DNA of 64,000 nucleotides from Pseudomonadota bacterium (GCA_043821645.1 JBDRCO010000068.1:1-64000), one strand, 5' to 3'. Shown: positions 19,377 through 30,182, counted from the first letter of the stretch. Translations and numbers: made by a program. Notes: a model not told the origin generated them from the sequence alone.

Positions 19377-20372
19377 CTACTTCTTGCCCTTGCGGCGCAT
19401 GAAGTACGAGGCCATGCCGCCAGCCTCGCCGTCCTCGAGTTCGATCTTCAGGTAGCGGCGTACGGTGCCTGCATCGAGCTTGAGCCCCAGGCGGGCCAGA
19501 CACAGGCACATGTGAAAGCGCGTCGAGCCGGACAGGGCCAGTGTGTCGTCGGCAAACTGGGCCTTGATCAGCCCTCCCAGCTCCTTGCCCAGGTCCGGGA
19601 TCGCCGGTACCACGTCCCGATGCAGGTCCAGGATCATGGCCAGGGCGCGGTAGCCGGCATCGCGCTGATCCGGCAGACCCTCGAGGAGAATGGGGGTGAT
19701 GCGCGGGATGCTGGTGAGGTCGCCGATCTTTCCCAGGGCGATCACGCAGTCCACGATGCGGAAGGCATTGCCCAGGCTGAACTCGAGCACGGGCAGGGCC
19801 TCGCGCCGGCCCATCTCACCCAGGGCCCAGATCACATAGCGCGACTCGTACACGCGCTCGGGCGACACCAGCTCCGTGAGCACCGGCAGGGCCGGGGTAA
19901 ACCGTCCCAGACCCAGCAGTCGCGCTGCCGTGGCGACGACGCCCGGATCGGGATCCGCCAGCAGACGCACCTGCTTCAGTAAAAAGGCCTGGTCGCGGCC
20001 AATGGCCAGGCACTTGGTGACCAGGGCGAGGCGTTCCGGCGTCTGATCCAGCTCGAGCTGGTGGCGCAAGCGCGGCAACAGGCTGGCCGGCATGGGCTCG
20101 TTGAGCAGGATGTGGGCCATGGCATCCATGGCGTCGAGCTGCTCGCGATCCGTACCGGCCTCGACGAGGTCCAGCAGGCGGGGCAGGGCAGCCTGGCCCT
20201 GGGCGATGAGGTGCCCCAGCGGGTGTGCAGCCGCCGGTGGAAGCAGGCCGCGGTCGATCTTTTGCAGGGCGCTCACCACCTGGTCTGCGAACAGGAGGTC
20301 CTTGTCGTCGCGCAGGCCCAGCAGGTCGTGATAGGTGGCCTCGGGGAACTGGTGCTCGGTGTGCTCGCTCAT
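19377..20372 (-). CDS. HEAT-repeat (PBS-lyase-like) protein
   Basis: GGAGG RBS; LLADPDPGVVATAARLLG, VIWALGEMG, VIALGKIGD. Confidence 0.8.
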   Translation of the reverse strand: MSEHTEHQFPEATYHDLLGLRDDKDLLFADQVVSALQKIDRGLLPPAAAHPLGHLIAQGQAALPRLLDLVEAGTDREQLDAMDAMAHILLNEPMPASLLPRLRHQLELDQTPERLALVTKCLAIGRDQAFLLKQVRLLADPDPGVVATAARLLGLGRFTPALPVLTELVSPERVYESRYVIWALGEMGRREALPVLEFSLGNAFRIVDCVIALGKIGDLTSIPRITPILLEGLPDQRDAGYRALAMILDLHRDVVPAIPDLGKELGGLIKAQFADDTLALSGSTRFHMCLCLARLGLKLDAGTVRRYLKIELEDGEAGGMASYFMRRKGKK

Positions 20373-20439
20373 GCTTGATCCTCCGCCCAGGGCCGTCCGG
20401 GCCCTGGCGCGCGGTGGTCGGGTTGGGGCAACCGGGGCT

Positions 20440-23196
20440 TCACTCGGTGTCGATGTTGAGTCCCCAGCTGGCCAGGGCGCCCACGTCACGGCCCGCGCTG
20501 TCGACGATGCTCAGCTTCCAGTCGCCCTTGATGGGCTTGCCCTTGAAGGCGTCCAGGGCCTCGGCCGAGGTCAGACTGTCACCGTAGGTGCCGCGGATGT
20601 CGTCGCTGCCACCACCGGACTTGCTGTGCAGCGCCACGGCCGTGCCGTCCGGCGCCGTCAGGGTCAGGGTCAGGTCGCCGACGTAGGTGTGGGCCAGGTC
20701 GATGTCGACCTTCAGGCTCTTCAGCGCTCCGTCCGCGTCGACCTTGATCACGTCGCTGACTCCCGCCGGATCGTTGTCCGGGATGGCCAGGGCCGGGGTG
20801 CTCTTGACCTGGACGCCGCTGCCCGGGGTGGGCGGCGCCGGGATGTCCTCACCCTTGAGCTTCTTGACGTCCGCTTCCCAGGCCGCCTTGTCGTCGTACA
20901 TGAGGCGTTTGCCCTCGTGCACGATGGTGAACAGCTTCTGGTTGTCCTTGGCCTTGAGGCCCAGGTAGATGAGGTCGTTGAGGTCCGTCATGGCGCCCAT
21001 GCTGGTCCACAACCGGTCGCCGTCCAGGGCGATGACGCCGCGATTGGCCATGCCGGCGTTGATGTACCAGTTGCCGCGTTCGCTGACGAGCGGGGCCACG
21101 CGGGGCCTGTCCTTCCAGAAGAAGTCGACCACGGGCTTGAGCTCGAAGCTCTCGATGATCTTGCCCTCGTCGTCGAGCTTGTGCAGGATGCTGCCGACCT
21201 TGCCGGAGCCGAACGTGGCGTCGACATTGACGCCCACGCGCTCCCACTTGCCGTCGTCGCTGCGCCACTCGGTCTTCATCTCGATGCGGTGGATCTCGCC
21301 GTTCCACACCTGCTCGCGCAGGGAGCTGTCGGTGGCCATCTTGTCGCCGGTGCGAGCGGCTTCCTCGAGCAGCTTGAGCTTGCCCTCGATGTCGTCGTTG
21401 CCTTCCATCTCGCGGCCGAGCTCGATGCCCTTGAGCGTGCCCACCACCTGGGCGGTGCCCTCCTTGGCGGTGAAGGTGCCGTTGGTCTCCTCGAAGCTGG
21501 TCGGAACCTTGCTCACCTGCTTGCTGGCCGGATCGTAGTAGTAGCGGTCCAGCTTGTGACCGGTGACGTCGACGAGTTCGCTGGCGATGAGCACCTTGTC
21601 GCCGCTGTCCGCGGTGGGGTCCAGCACGAAGCTCGACTTGTGCTCGATGGGCCAGCCGCGCTCGTTGAAGGTGTAGCCGTCGGTGGTGCCCTCGATCTTG
21701 CGCTTGCTGGCATCAATGTAGTTCACGTCGAGCTCGTCGACGCGCAGGATGTCGGGGTTGTCGGTGAAGCTCTCGTTGCGATCGTCGACCTTCTTGGTGG
21801 CAAAGGCCCGGTCCAGGCTGATGTTCTTGCTGGTGTCGCCATTCTCGCTGAGCCTGTTCAGGCGCACGTCGAGGTTGAGCGTGGCTCCCGAGGTCTTGAG
21901 GTTGAACTTGGTGGCTCGATCGTCGAAGCGGCCACCCGCGAAGTCGGTGCCTCCCAGGCGCGCTTGACCACTGCGGCCTGACAGGGCGTAGGCATCATCG
22001 AAGTTGAGCAAGGAGGCCAGGGCTTCCAGCTGGTCGGCCCGGCTGAAGTCCACGGTCTCACCGGTGGTGGAGTTGAACTCGCTGACCCCGGCCGAGCCCT
22101 TCATGTCCGCCAGCAGGGTCTCCATGGCGGCCTTGATATCACAGTGCCCCCACCAGCCCGTGTCGTGGCTCTTGGTGTCAAGCATGCGGTTGCTGTTCCA
22201 GTCGAAGCGGAAGCCCTCGCGCTGCGATTCCCCGCTCTTGGTGCGGCGGAACACCACCTCGTCGACCGTGGCGCTGACCAGCTTTCCCACCAGGTCGGTC
22301 GGGACTTCGTCGCGCGTGCCCTCGAAGTACAGCTTGCCGGCGTCGCGAAAAGCCCACTTGCCGGCGTGGTCGCCACCCACGCTCTCAGAAAGCTGCAGGG
22401 TCTCGTACTGCACGCGGTTGCTCTTGGCCGTGGACTCCACCATCGAGACGACGTGGCGGCTCTTCTTGGCGATGGCAGTCAGGCCCAGGCTCTTCTCGCA
22501 GCTGTTCTCGTCGACACTGCCCGAATTGACGTACTTGTGGGTGAAGATGAAGTCGAGCTGGTTCTGGATGAACTCACGCTTCGGGTCGTCCGCGGGCAGG
22601 GCCTTGAGCATCTTCTCGAAGACATGGGCAAAGGGCGCGTCGTGGCCGTACGACCAGTACGAACCTGTGTCCGCCTTGTCGTAGTCCAGGGAGCGGCCGC
22701 GGAAGGCATCGCGGTGGGCGAAGTTGAGCGCTTGCCGGGCCCCGGTGGCCTCGGCACCGCTGAGTCCGCTGCGGTCGAGCAGCCGGGTTGCCTCGTCAAA
22801 GAACTGCTCGGTGCGCCTGCCCGTGATGTTGAGATAGGCGTAGTTGCTGCGGGTACCCTCGGGCAGGCTGTCGAGCAGGGCCTGGCGACCGGGCGCCAGA
22901 AAGTCCTTGTTGGCCGCCAGAAGTTCGCCGAGCTTGGTCTTGAACTCCGCGGCCGTGTGCAGGCTCGCCGGATCCAGGGCCGCGTCGTCGATGATCTTGG
23001 CGCGCGCGCCGGGGTCCTCGATGGTGCGCCGGGTCAGCTTGAAGTCCGGCAGCTTGAAGTTGCCGTAGTCGGACTCGAGCTGGATGTCATGGGAGGCCGT
23101 GGACACGACCTTCTTCTCGCCCTCGGGGATGGCGGTGCCCTTGAGCTCGGTCAACGGAATGCTGGTGCGTGGAGTGCTGGTACCGATGCGCGTCAT
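20440..23196 (-). CDS. Divergent transglutaminase-elicitor (GP42-like) domain with C-terminal proprotein convertase P-domain
   Basis: WWGHC, FAGGRF, QVWN, LDDEGKII...DFFW motifs in GP42 order; P-domain HTYVGDL...GDWKLSIVD...GALASWGL. Confidence 0.75.
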   Translation of the reverse strand: MTRIGTSTPRTSIPLTELKGTAIPEGEKKVVSTASHDIQLESDYGNFKLPDFKLTRRTIEDPGARAKIIDDAALDPASLHTAAEFKTKLGELLAANKDFLAPGRQALLDSLPEGTRSNYAYLNITGRRTEQFFDEATRLLDRSGLSGAEATGARQALNFAHRDAFRGRSLDYDKADTGSYWSYGHDAPFAHVFEKMLKALPADDPKREFIQNQLDFIFTHKYVNSGSVDENSCEKSLGLTAIAKKSRHVVSMVESTAKSNRVQYETLQLSESVGGDHAGKWAFRDAGKLYFEGTRDEVPTDLVGKLVSATVDEVVFRRTKSGESQREGFRFDWNSNRMLDTKSHDTGWWGHCDIKAAMETLLADMKGSAGVSEFNSTTGETVDFSRADQLEALASLLNFDDAYALSGRSGQARLGGTDFAGGRFDDRATKFNLKTSGATLNLDVRLNRLSENGDTSKNISLDRAFATKKVDDRNESFTDNPDILRVDELDVNYIDASKRKIEGTTDGYTFNERGWPIEHKSSFVLDPTADSGDKVLIASELVDVTGHKLDRYYYDPASKQVSKVPTSFEETNGTFTAKEGTAQVVGTLKGIELGREMEGNDDIEGKLKLLEEAARTGDKMATDSSLREQVWNGEIHRIEMKTEWRSDDGKWERVGVNVDATFGSGKVGSILHKLDDEGKIIESFELKPVVDFFWKDRPRVAPLVSERGNWYINAGMANRGVIALDGDRLWTSMGAMTDLNDLIYLGLKAKDNQKLFTIVHEGKRLMYDDKAAWEADVKKLKGEDIPAPPTPGSGVQVKSTPALAIPDNDPAGVSDVIKVDADGALKSLKVDIDLAHTYVGDLTLTLTAPDGTAVALHSKSGGGSDDIRGTYGDSLTSAEALDAFKGKPIKGDWKLSIVDSAGRDVGALASWGLNIDTE

Positions 23197-23429
23197 GGCG
23201 GTGCTCCCTCGTGCCCGTTCGCCTGATGGCGAGATGTGGATGACGTTTTGTGCCCGTACCGGTCCTCCCCGGGACCGCAGGGCCACCCATTGGTAATGCA
23301 TTAGCCGGAAACTGTCCACTTTGGCCAGGACGGTACGCGGGGTCCTCTGCGGAGGAGGTCTGCGACGTAATCGACCACTCGCCGACGGGCGGAGTTCGAA
23401 CTAGGATGGGCCCTGGAGCGGACACCATC

Positions 23430-25730
23430 ATGTCTGAGGCTTCTATCAACGGCACCGGCAGACTTCGCATCGGGCCCTACACCGTCGAACGCACCATCGG
23501 CCGCGGGGCCATGGGCACGGTGTACGCCGCGCGCCGCGATGGCGACCCGACGCTGGTGGCCCTCAAGACGCTCCATTTTGACAACCTCGACGAGTCCGTG
23601 GAGGCCGCTACCGAGCGTTTCGACCACGAGGTCAAGGCCACCAACTCGCTGCACCATCCCAGCATCATTCGCGTGTTCGAGTCTGGCAGCGCCGTGCTCG
23701 AGGGCGGCAGCAGCGTGCTGTACTATTCGATGGAGGTGGTGCCGGGTGAGACCCTGCACACGGCCCTCAAGCGCGGACCGTTCTTTGCGTCCGAGGCCGC
23801 CGCCATCATCGCCAGGGTCGCGGACGCGCTCAATTTCACCCACGCCCACGGCATCGTTCACCGTGACGTCAAGCCCGGAAACGTCTTCCTGACGCCCGAG
23901 GGCAGGGTGGTGCTGGTCGACTTCGGAATCTGCAAATTCAGTGGCCAGGCCCCGCTGACCAGTGCGGGTGGTGTCATGGGCACCTTGCCCTTCATGGCGC
24001 CCGAGCAGCTCTACGACCAGGCCGTGGATCATCGGACCGACATCTTTGCACTGGGCTCGTTGCTCTTCACGCTGCTCACGCGCCGCTACCTGCGTCCCTC
24101 GAACTCGGTGGTCGCGGTGGTCCGCGCGGTGCAGGAAGGACAGGATCTGATCAAGGTCCGTTCGGTCGAAGGTGTCGACCCGGCGCTCATCGAGGTGATG
24201 GCGACGGCACTGCAGCCCGATCCTGCCCTGCGCTACCAGCGGGTCCGGGATCTGATCAATGCGCTGAGCCCCATGGCGGGCGAGCTCCCCCCCATCGGTG
24301 CTGCCCGCGAGATTCCGTCCACGTTCACGGGGAAACGCTACGAGGTCGACAGCGACGCGGGCATTGACGAGGCCGCGGGTGCTGACTTCATGGGCAATGA
24401 CGAAGCCGCGGCCGAGGACGGACTGCGTGACGGAGATCCACCGTCGTCAGGCAAGCACCGCACCAAGGATTTCCGCACCAAGTGGTTCTCCAAGAAGCGC
24501 AGCGGCGATTTGGCGAGCTACATGGAACGCCTCAGTCAGCAGCGAGTGGTGCGCGAGGTGGCAGAGCCCATCCTGGTCAAGGCCCCCACGGTGGGCGAGA
24601 CCGAGTGGTCTGCCGACGTCGACATCACGTCGCGCCAGGAGGTCACCGGGGCCGCGCATTGGCTCCGCTCGCCGCTTGTCCTGAGCCTGATCGCGCTGAT
24701 GGTGATCGGAGCACTGGCGGGGGGAATCTGGACGACCCTGCGCCGGGGAGCGCTCGAGCTGGCGGTGGCGTCACGGCCCGCGGGTGCCGAGGTCCTCCTC
24801 GACGGGGTGCTCGCAGGACGCACGCCCCTGCAGCTCGTGGTGCGGGGTCGCGGTCAGGTTCATCAGCTCGAGATTCGCGCCGAATTGCGGCGGCCGTGGC
24901 TGCAGGAACTCGAGGTCCCCCTGCTGGGGACCCTGCCCGAGATCCATGTCGATCTGGGCTGGCATCCCGCAGCCATCCACATCGCCAGCCAGCCCTCCGG
25001 GGCGCTCGTTGTGGTCGACGGTAGTGCTGCGTGCAAGACACCCTGCGCGTATTCCGAGATCCAGCCGCGCCGCCCGCACCTGGTCAGCGTTCTTGGCGAC
25101 GGCTGCCGGCCGGAGCAGTTTGCCGTCGAACTCGAACCTGCCGCGGCCTTCTCCCGGGAGCTGGCCTTGCAGCCCCTGTCGCCGCGGGACATCGCCCTGG
25201 TGCAGGTCATCGTGGATCGCGATCCGGTGCGCATCGACGGGCTGGAGATGGACGCACCGAGCGGCAGCGTGGACGTGCTGCTGTACCCGGGTCTGCACCA
25301 CGTCGAGCTGCCCAGGGTCAGCGACCAGCGTCAGGCGATCGAGCTCAAACCAGGGCAGGTGCTGAGGCTGGACCAGCGGGCGCATCGATCCCTGCCCAGA
25401 CCTGGTACTCGACTCGTCAAACCGAGGCCTCATGCGCCGCCTCCTCAGATCAAGAGCGAGGACCTGCGCAAGGCTGTCGACCACGCCCTGTACCTGCTGG
25501 CTTCGGGCCGCAGGAAGCCAGGGCTCGAGGAACTGTCAATGGTACTGGCGAACGCTCCCCTCGACCCCGGGGCCCGGCGCCTGGCCATCGTCGAGGCTGC
25601 AGCGCAAGAGGATGCCGTCGAGCTGCGCCAGAATCTCGACAGCTACCTCTCGCTTTCGAACCCTCCTGTCGACGTGGGTGTGGCCCAGGCCGTGCGCACA
25701 GCCCTCGAGCCCGGGCCGCGCTGCCGCTAG
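23430..25730 (+). CDS. Hanks-type Ser/Thr protein kinase with TM helix and PEGA domains
   Basis: GRGAMG, VALK, HRDVKPGN, DFG, MAPE; TM segment; SRPAGAEVLLDG and SQPSGALVVVDG. Confidence 0.92.
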   Translation: MSEASINGTGRLRIGPYTVERTIGRGAMGTVYAARRDGDPTLVALKTLHFDNLDESVEAATERFDHEVKATNSLHHPSIIRVFESGSAVLEGGSSVLYYSMEVVPGETLHTALKRGPFFASEAAAIIARVADALNFTHAHGIVHRDVKPGNVFLTPEGRVVLVDFGICKFSGQAPLTSAGGVMGTLPFMAPEQLYDQAVDHRTDIFALGSLLFTLLTRRYLRPSNSVVAVVRAVQEGQDLIKVRSVEGVDPALIEVMATALQPDPALRYQRVRDLINALSPMAGELPPIGAAREIPSTFTGKRYEVDSDAGIDEAAGADFMGNDEAAAEDGLRDGDPPSSGKHRTKDFRTKWFSKKRSGDLASYMERLSQQRVVREVAEPILVKAPTVGETEWSADVDITSRQEVTGAAHWLRSPLVLSLIALMVIGALAGGIWTTLRRGALELAVASRPAGAEVLLDGVLAGRTPLQLVVRGRGQVHQLEIRAELRRPWLQELEVPLLGTLPEIHVDLGWHPAAIHIASQPSGALVVVDGSAACKTPCAYSEIQPRRPHLVSVLGDGCRPEQFAVELEPAAAFSRELALQPLSPRDIALVQVIVDRDPVRIDGLEMDAPSGSVDVLLYPGLHHVELPRVSDQRQAIELKPGQVLRLDQRAHRSLPRPGTRLVKPRPHAPPPQIKSEDLRKAVDHALYLLASGRRKPGLEELSMVLANAPLDPGARRLAIVEAAAQEDAVELRQNLDSYLSLSNPPVDVGVAQAVRTALEPGPRCR

Positions 25731-25805
25731 CTCGCCTCGGGCCAGGCAGTGGCTGTACGGATCAGGGCCCTCGTGGTCGGCGCACGTGTGGTGTGCTCTC
25801 GCACC

Positions 25806-27494
25806 TCACCGCTCCGTGCCGAAGTTCTCGATCTCCCAGCGCAGGCGCCCCAGGATGATGGCGTCGAGGTTGTTGCCGCTGAACTGCCCCCCGACGCCGT
25901 GCGCGGCAGCGGAATCCGCCAGGCTGCCGTACTGGATGAAGATGAACTGGCCGCGCGTGAACTGCGCGATCTGTCTGAACACCAGGCTGCCGAAGTCGTC
26001 GAGGCCACTGGCGGCCACGCTGTGGATGCGCAGGCCGTGGGCCACCGCTTCCTTGAGACTATCGCCGTAGGGCGTGTCGTCGTCGTAGTCCATGTGCGGA
26101 GGGGCGTCGGCGACCAGGAACACCACCCGGGCTGCATCGTCGCGCCATTGCATCTCGTGCACGGTCTCGGCGAGAGCCTGGTTGAGCGACTCGGGCATGT
26201 CGCCACCGCCATCGCTGATCACCTGCCGCAGTTCCTCATCGAACTGCTCAAGCTGTGCGGTCAGCGGCAGGTGGGAGGTGATGTAGTCATCCAGACGATC
26301 CCGGTACAGCACCGCGCCATAGCGCAGGTCCACGTCCCGGGCCTCCTGGCGCAGCTGGCGCGTCACCTTAAGCAGGGTCTGCTTGATGCGGCGGATCTCG
26401 TCGGACATCGACGAAGTGGTATCGAGCAGGAACACCACATCCAGGGCCACGGCCTGGCGTGGTGGCTGGCGCCGGTCGAGGTAGACCTGCACGGGATCCG
26501 TGGAGCCAGGTTCGAGCGCTGCCTCACCACGGGCATCGCCAGCGTGGACATGTACGCGCAGGCTGGACGCCCGCTGGGCCTGGCTAGCGAAGACCCGCGG
26601 ATAGAAGGGCAGGCTGCCGTCGCCGTAGGTGGTGCCCGTGAACAGGGTCTGGCCCGAGACCGGATCCGAGATCTCGACTCGAGCGTTGGGCACGGGATTC
26701 TCGTCGAGGTCGCGGACGCGGATCCGACGCTGCTCGCGTACGTCGAGGCGGCAGTGCTGGGTCGCCGTGCTCGGCAGATCCGACCAGGCCGTGACGAACT
26801 TCACGAAGCCCGCAAAATCCTCGTTGTCGTCGGTGGCGCCGGCACGCAGGGGTGGCAGGTTCTGGGGCACGGGCTTGCGAGCGCGATCCTCGCCGCGCCC
26901 AGCCAGCCCCGACACCCGGTAGGCTGTCGCCACACGATGAGCCCCGCGGGTCGAGAGCGTGGCACGGCCCCCCAGGTCGATGTCGCCGTGACCGCCGGTG
27001 CCACGGCCCGTGCCTGAGCCGAGCCCTCCTATGCCCACGGCGGAGCCGCCGCCACCGGGACCCGTTCCCCGCAGGCCCAGTCCTGAAGTTCCAAAGACGG
27101 ACGAACCCTCTCCTTCACCAGAGGACCCGGTGTGCGGGGCCGAAGTGTGAGCTGCGAGCGCCCCCGAGGTGGCCGTGCTCGTCGCACTGCTCCTGGTGCT
27201 GCGCAGCGCCGCCAGGACACCTTTGCGACCCGCGGTGTCGCTCCGGTCCGCGGTGACACCGGGTCGGGACATGCGACCCTCCTTGGTGGCGTGGCGGCCA
27301 GGAGCCACGGCCGTCGTCTCGGCGCCGGACGCCTCCTCCTCGACCCCTGGAGCGGGCGCCGCGGTCGACGCCCCGGGCTCCAATTCGAGGGCGGCGAACC
27401 TCTCCGCGGGCTCGACGGCACGGTCCCCGGGGGGGGGTGCCTTGCTGCAGGCCAGGGCGAGACACACGAACCCGGCCAGGGATGCTGTGCGCAT
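25806..27494 (-). CDS. VWA-domain lipoprotein
   Basis: AAGGAGG RBS; lipobox ALAC; Gly-rich GLGLRGTGPGGGG segment; MIDAS DTTSSMS; GGGDMPES; DAPPH. Confidence 0.88.
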   Translation of the reverse strand: MRTASLAGFVCLALACSKAPPPGDRAVEPAERFAALELEPGASTAAPAPGVEEEASGAETTAVAPGRHATKEGRMSRPGVTADRSDTAGRKGVLAALRSTRSSATSTATSGALAAHTSAPHTGSSGEGEGSSVFGTSGLGLRGTGPGGGGSAVGIGGLGSGTGRGTGGHGDIDLGGRATLSTRGAHRVATAYRVSGLAGRGEDRARKPVPQNLPPLRAGATDDNEDFAGFVKFVTAWSDLPSTATQHCRLDVREQRRIRVRDLDENPVPNARVEISDPVSGQTLFTGTTYGDGSLPFYPRVFASQAQRASSLRVHVHAGDARGEAALEPGSTDPVQVYLDRRQPPRQAVALDVVFLLDTTSSMSDEIRRIKQTLLKVTRQLRQEARDVDLRYGAVLYRDRLDDYITSHLPLTAQLEQFDEELRQVISDGGGDMPESLNQALAETVHEMQWRDDAARVVFLVADAPPHMDYDDDTPYGDSLKEAVAHGLRIHSVAASGLDDFGSLVFRQIAQFTRGQFIFIQYGSLADSAAAHGVGGQFSGNNLDAIILGRLRWEIENFGTER

Positions 27495-27737
27495 GATCCC
27501 TCCTTGCTCGCTCGACGAGCTTCTTGTTCTCTGAGTGTCGGACCCGGGCGGGACGCCTTACAGCAGCCCAGGGGGCGCCACTGCGATCCGCGTCACATCC
27601 TTGTTTCTTCGGACAGTGCTCCCGGCCTCCGGGTTCCCTACCCATCCACGCGCATCCACAAAAGCTCGGGTTCGCGGTAGAACCTGGGCTGCCCCGGCAC
27701 GTTGAAAGCCCCAGAAGCCCGCTTTTCGGAGGTTCCC

Positions 27738-30047
27738 ATGTCGCGCTCCGTCGTCACAGCAGCCCTGTCTCGCAGCCTGCTCGCCGTCGCGGCAGCACTG
27801 CTTCTCGTGCCAGGCTCCGCGCAGGCCATCGGCATCCTGGTGCCCACCCAGCCAGGCCTCCCGGCCCTGCGGCTCGTGCACCACCGGGTCGAAGTCAACA
27901 TCACCGAGCGCGGTGCCACCACCAAGGTGACCCAGGAATTCGACAACCCCACGGGCCAGCAGCTCGAGGCCACCTACCTGTTTCCGTTGCCCAAGGGCGC
28001 CACTGTCGATGAGTTCGCGCTGTGGATGAACGGCAAGCGCGAGACCGGCAAGGTCATGGAGCGCGGCCAGGCTCGCGCCATCTATGAATCCATCGTGCGG
28101 CGCGCACGCGACCCCGGTCTGATCGAGTACGTCGACGCCGAGCTGTTCCAGGCCCGGGTGTTCCCCATCCCGCCCAACGGGCGGCAGAAGATCGAGCTCA
28201 TCTACAGCCACCTCGTCGAGTACGAGGGCGGCGTGCACCGGTACGTGTACCCGCTCAAGACAGACGCCCAGGCCTCTTCGACCCTCGAGGACTTCACCCT
28301 GACGGTGCACATCAAGAACAAGCTGCCCATCAAGAACCTGACCTCACCCACCCACCAGGTGGCAACGCGTGTGCGGGGTAACCAGGGTGACGTGGGCTTC
28401 GAGCGCAACGCCTTCTCCCTGTCCGAGAACTTTGCCCTGTACTGGACCGTCGACGACAAGGACGTGGGCCTCACGGTGCTGACCTACAAGGATGCCGACG
28501 AGCCCGGCTACTTCATGTTCCTGGCCTCGCCCAAGGATGATTTCCGGGACAAGGAGATCATCGGCAAGCGCGTCAGCTTCGTGGTCGACACCTCCGGCTC
28601 GATGGCCGGTGAGAAGATGGATGCGGTGCGCGACGCCCTCGACTACTGCCTGCAGAACCTGGGCGAAGACGACATGTTCAACATCGTGCCCTTTGGCTCC
28701 TACGTCGAGACCTTCTCCGACAAGATGGTGGCGGCGAGCAGCGCCAACGTGGCCAGGGCGCGCACCTTCGTCAAGCAGATGGAGGCCATGGGTGGCACCA
28801 ACATCAGCGAAGCCCTGAACACGGCGCTCAAGGCGGCCAGCGGGTCCAAGAAGGCTCCGCACATGGTGGTGTTCCTCACCGATGGCCGGCCCACGGTGGG
28901 CGATACCGAGGTCGCGAGCATCCTGGGCGGGGTCAACAAGAACAACGCGGACAGCGCCCACATCTTCGTGTTCGGGGTCGGTGGCGACGTCAATACAACG
29001 CTGCTCGACAAGCTGGCTGAGGGCAACAGCGGCCGGGCGACCTATCTCAAGGGCGACGCATCGCTGCGTGCCGAGGTGACCGCCTTCTTTGACCAGGTCA
29101 GCCATCCGGTGATGTCCAACCTCAAGCTCAACATCGACGGTGTGCGCACCTTTGGCCTGCACCCGCAGCGCGTTCCGGATCTGTTCAAGGGCGGCCAGCT
29201 GGTGGTGCTCGGGCGCTACCGCGACGGCGGCCGGGCCAAGGTCACGCTCACCGGCACCACGCCGCGCGGCCAGTCCAGCTTCTCGTACTCGGCGGACTTC
29301 GCCGGCGGTGGCACCGAGCACGGCTTCATCCCCAGGCTGTGGGCCCAGCGGCAGGTCGGCATGCTGCTCGCCGAGATCCGCGAGAAGGGCGAGTCTCGTG
29401 GTCTGGTCGACGAGGTCACCCAGCTCGCCACCCGCTTCGGCATCGTGACTCCCTACACCAGCTACCTGGTGGTGGAGCCGGGCTTTGACCAGGGCATGGT
29501 GCGGGACGCCCGTCCCCGGCCCGAGCCGCGACCGGACATGGCCAGTCGTCGTGGCGACGATGAGAGCTTCTCGGTCTTCGCGCCCTCGGCAGCCCCGGCC
29601 GAGATGGAAGAGGCGGGCCCGACCGGCGGCAGCGGCGTGCGTGTGGCGCGCCCCAAGGCCTCGGCGCCCGCCCGCGAGGCCATGAAGAAGGAGAGCGGCG
29701 ACAGCGCGGTGGCCGCATCCAAGGCCATCGGCCGACTGCGCGACGGCAGCGTGGCCAGCGACCGCAAGGTGGCCACCTCCGTGGCGCGTGCCCTGGGCCG
29801 TAGCTTCCGCTTCGACGGCGGCTTCTATGTCGACGAGAAGAGCGCGGCCAAGGACCAGCAGCTCAGCATCAAGCCCTACTCCGATGCCTACTTCGCGGCG
29901 CTCAAGCTGCGCCCCGACCTCAAGCAGGCCTTCATGCTGGGCGAGCGGGTCAAGATCTCGGTGGGCAAGGGCCGCACCCTGGTCATCGCCCCCGACGGCA
30001 AGGACAAGGTCGGCGCCGACGAGCTCAAGAAGTTCCTGGCCAAGTAG
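27738..30047 (+). CDS. Secreted VIT + VWA domain protein
   Basis: GGAGG RBS; signal peptide; QEFDNP...EATYLFPLP; DTSGSM; LTDG; FGVG; IVTPYTSYLVVE. Confidence 0.93.
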   Translation: MSRSVVTAALSRSLLAVAAALLLVPGSAQAIGILVPTQPGLPALRLVHHRVEVNITERGATTKVTQEFDNPTGQQLEATYLFPLPKGATVDEFALWMNGKRETGKVMERGQARAIYESIVRRARDPGLIEYVDAELFQARVFPIPPNGRQKIELIYSHLVEYEGGVHRYVYPLKTDAQASSTLEDFTLTVHIKNKLPIKNLTSPTHQVATRVRGNQGDVGFERNAFSLSENFALYWTVDDKDVGLTVLTYKDADEPGYFMFLASPKDDFRDKEIIGKRVSFVVDTSGSMAGEKMDAVRDALDYCLQNLGEDDMFNIVPFGSYVETFSDKMVAASSANVARARTFVKQMEAMGGTNISEALNTALKAASGSKKAPHMVVFLTDGRPTVGDTEVASILGGVNKNNADSAHIFVFGVGGDVNTTLLDKLAEGNSGRATYLKGDASLRAEVTAFFDQVSHPVMSNLKLNIDGVRTFGLHPQRVPDLFKGGQLVVLGRYRDGGRAKVTLTGTTPRGQSSFSYSADFAGGGTEHGFIPRLWAQRQVGMLLAEIREKGESRGLVDEVTQLATRFGIVTPYTSYLVVEPGFDQGMVRDARPRPEPRPDMASRRGDDESFSVFAPSAAPAEMEEAGPTGGSGVRVARPKASAPAREAMKKESGDSAVAASKAIGRLRDGSVASDRKVATSVARALGRSFRFDGGFYVDEKSAAKDQQLSIKPYSDAYFAALKLRPDLKQAFMLGERVKISVGKGRTLVIAPDGKDKVGADELKKFLAK

Positions 30048-30182
30048 CAGGCCTCCCCTCCACGTCTCGAGTCCTCCCCTCCCTGACGCCCTCGCCGGGA
30101 GTGACGCAGCGCTGCCCCCTTTCGATGCTCTTGGTTTGTTTTCACAGATCCGTTAAGGTCAGCGGTCACCGTGGAGGTGCGG

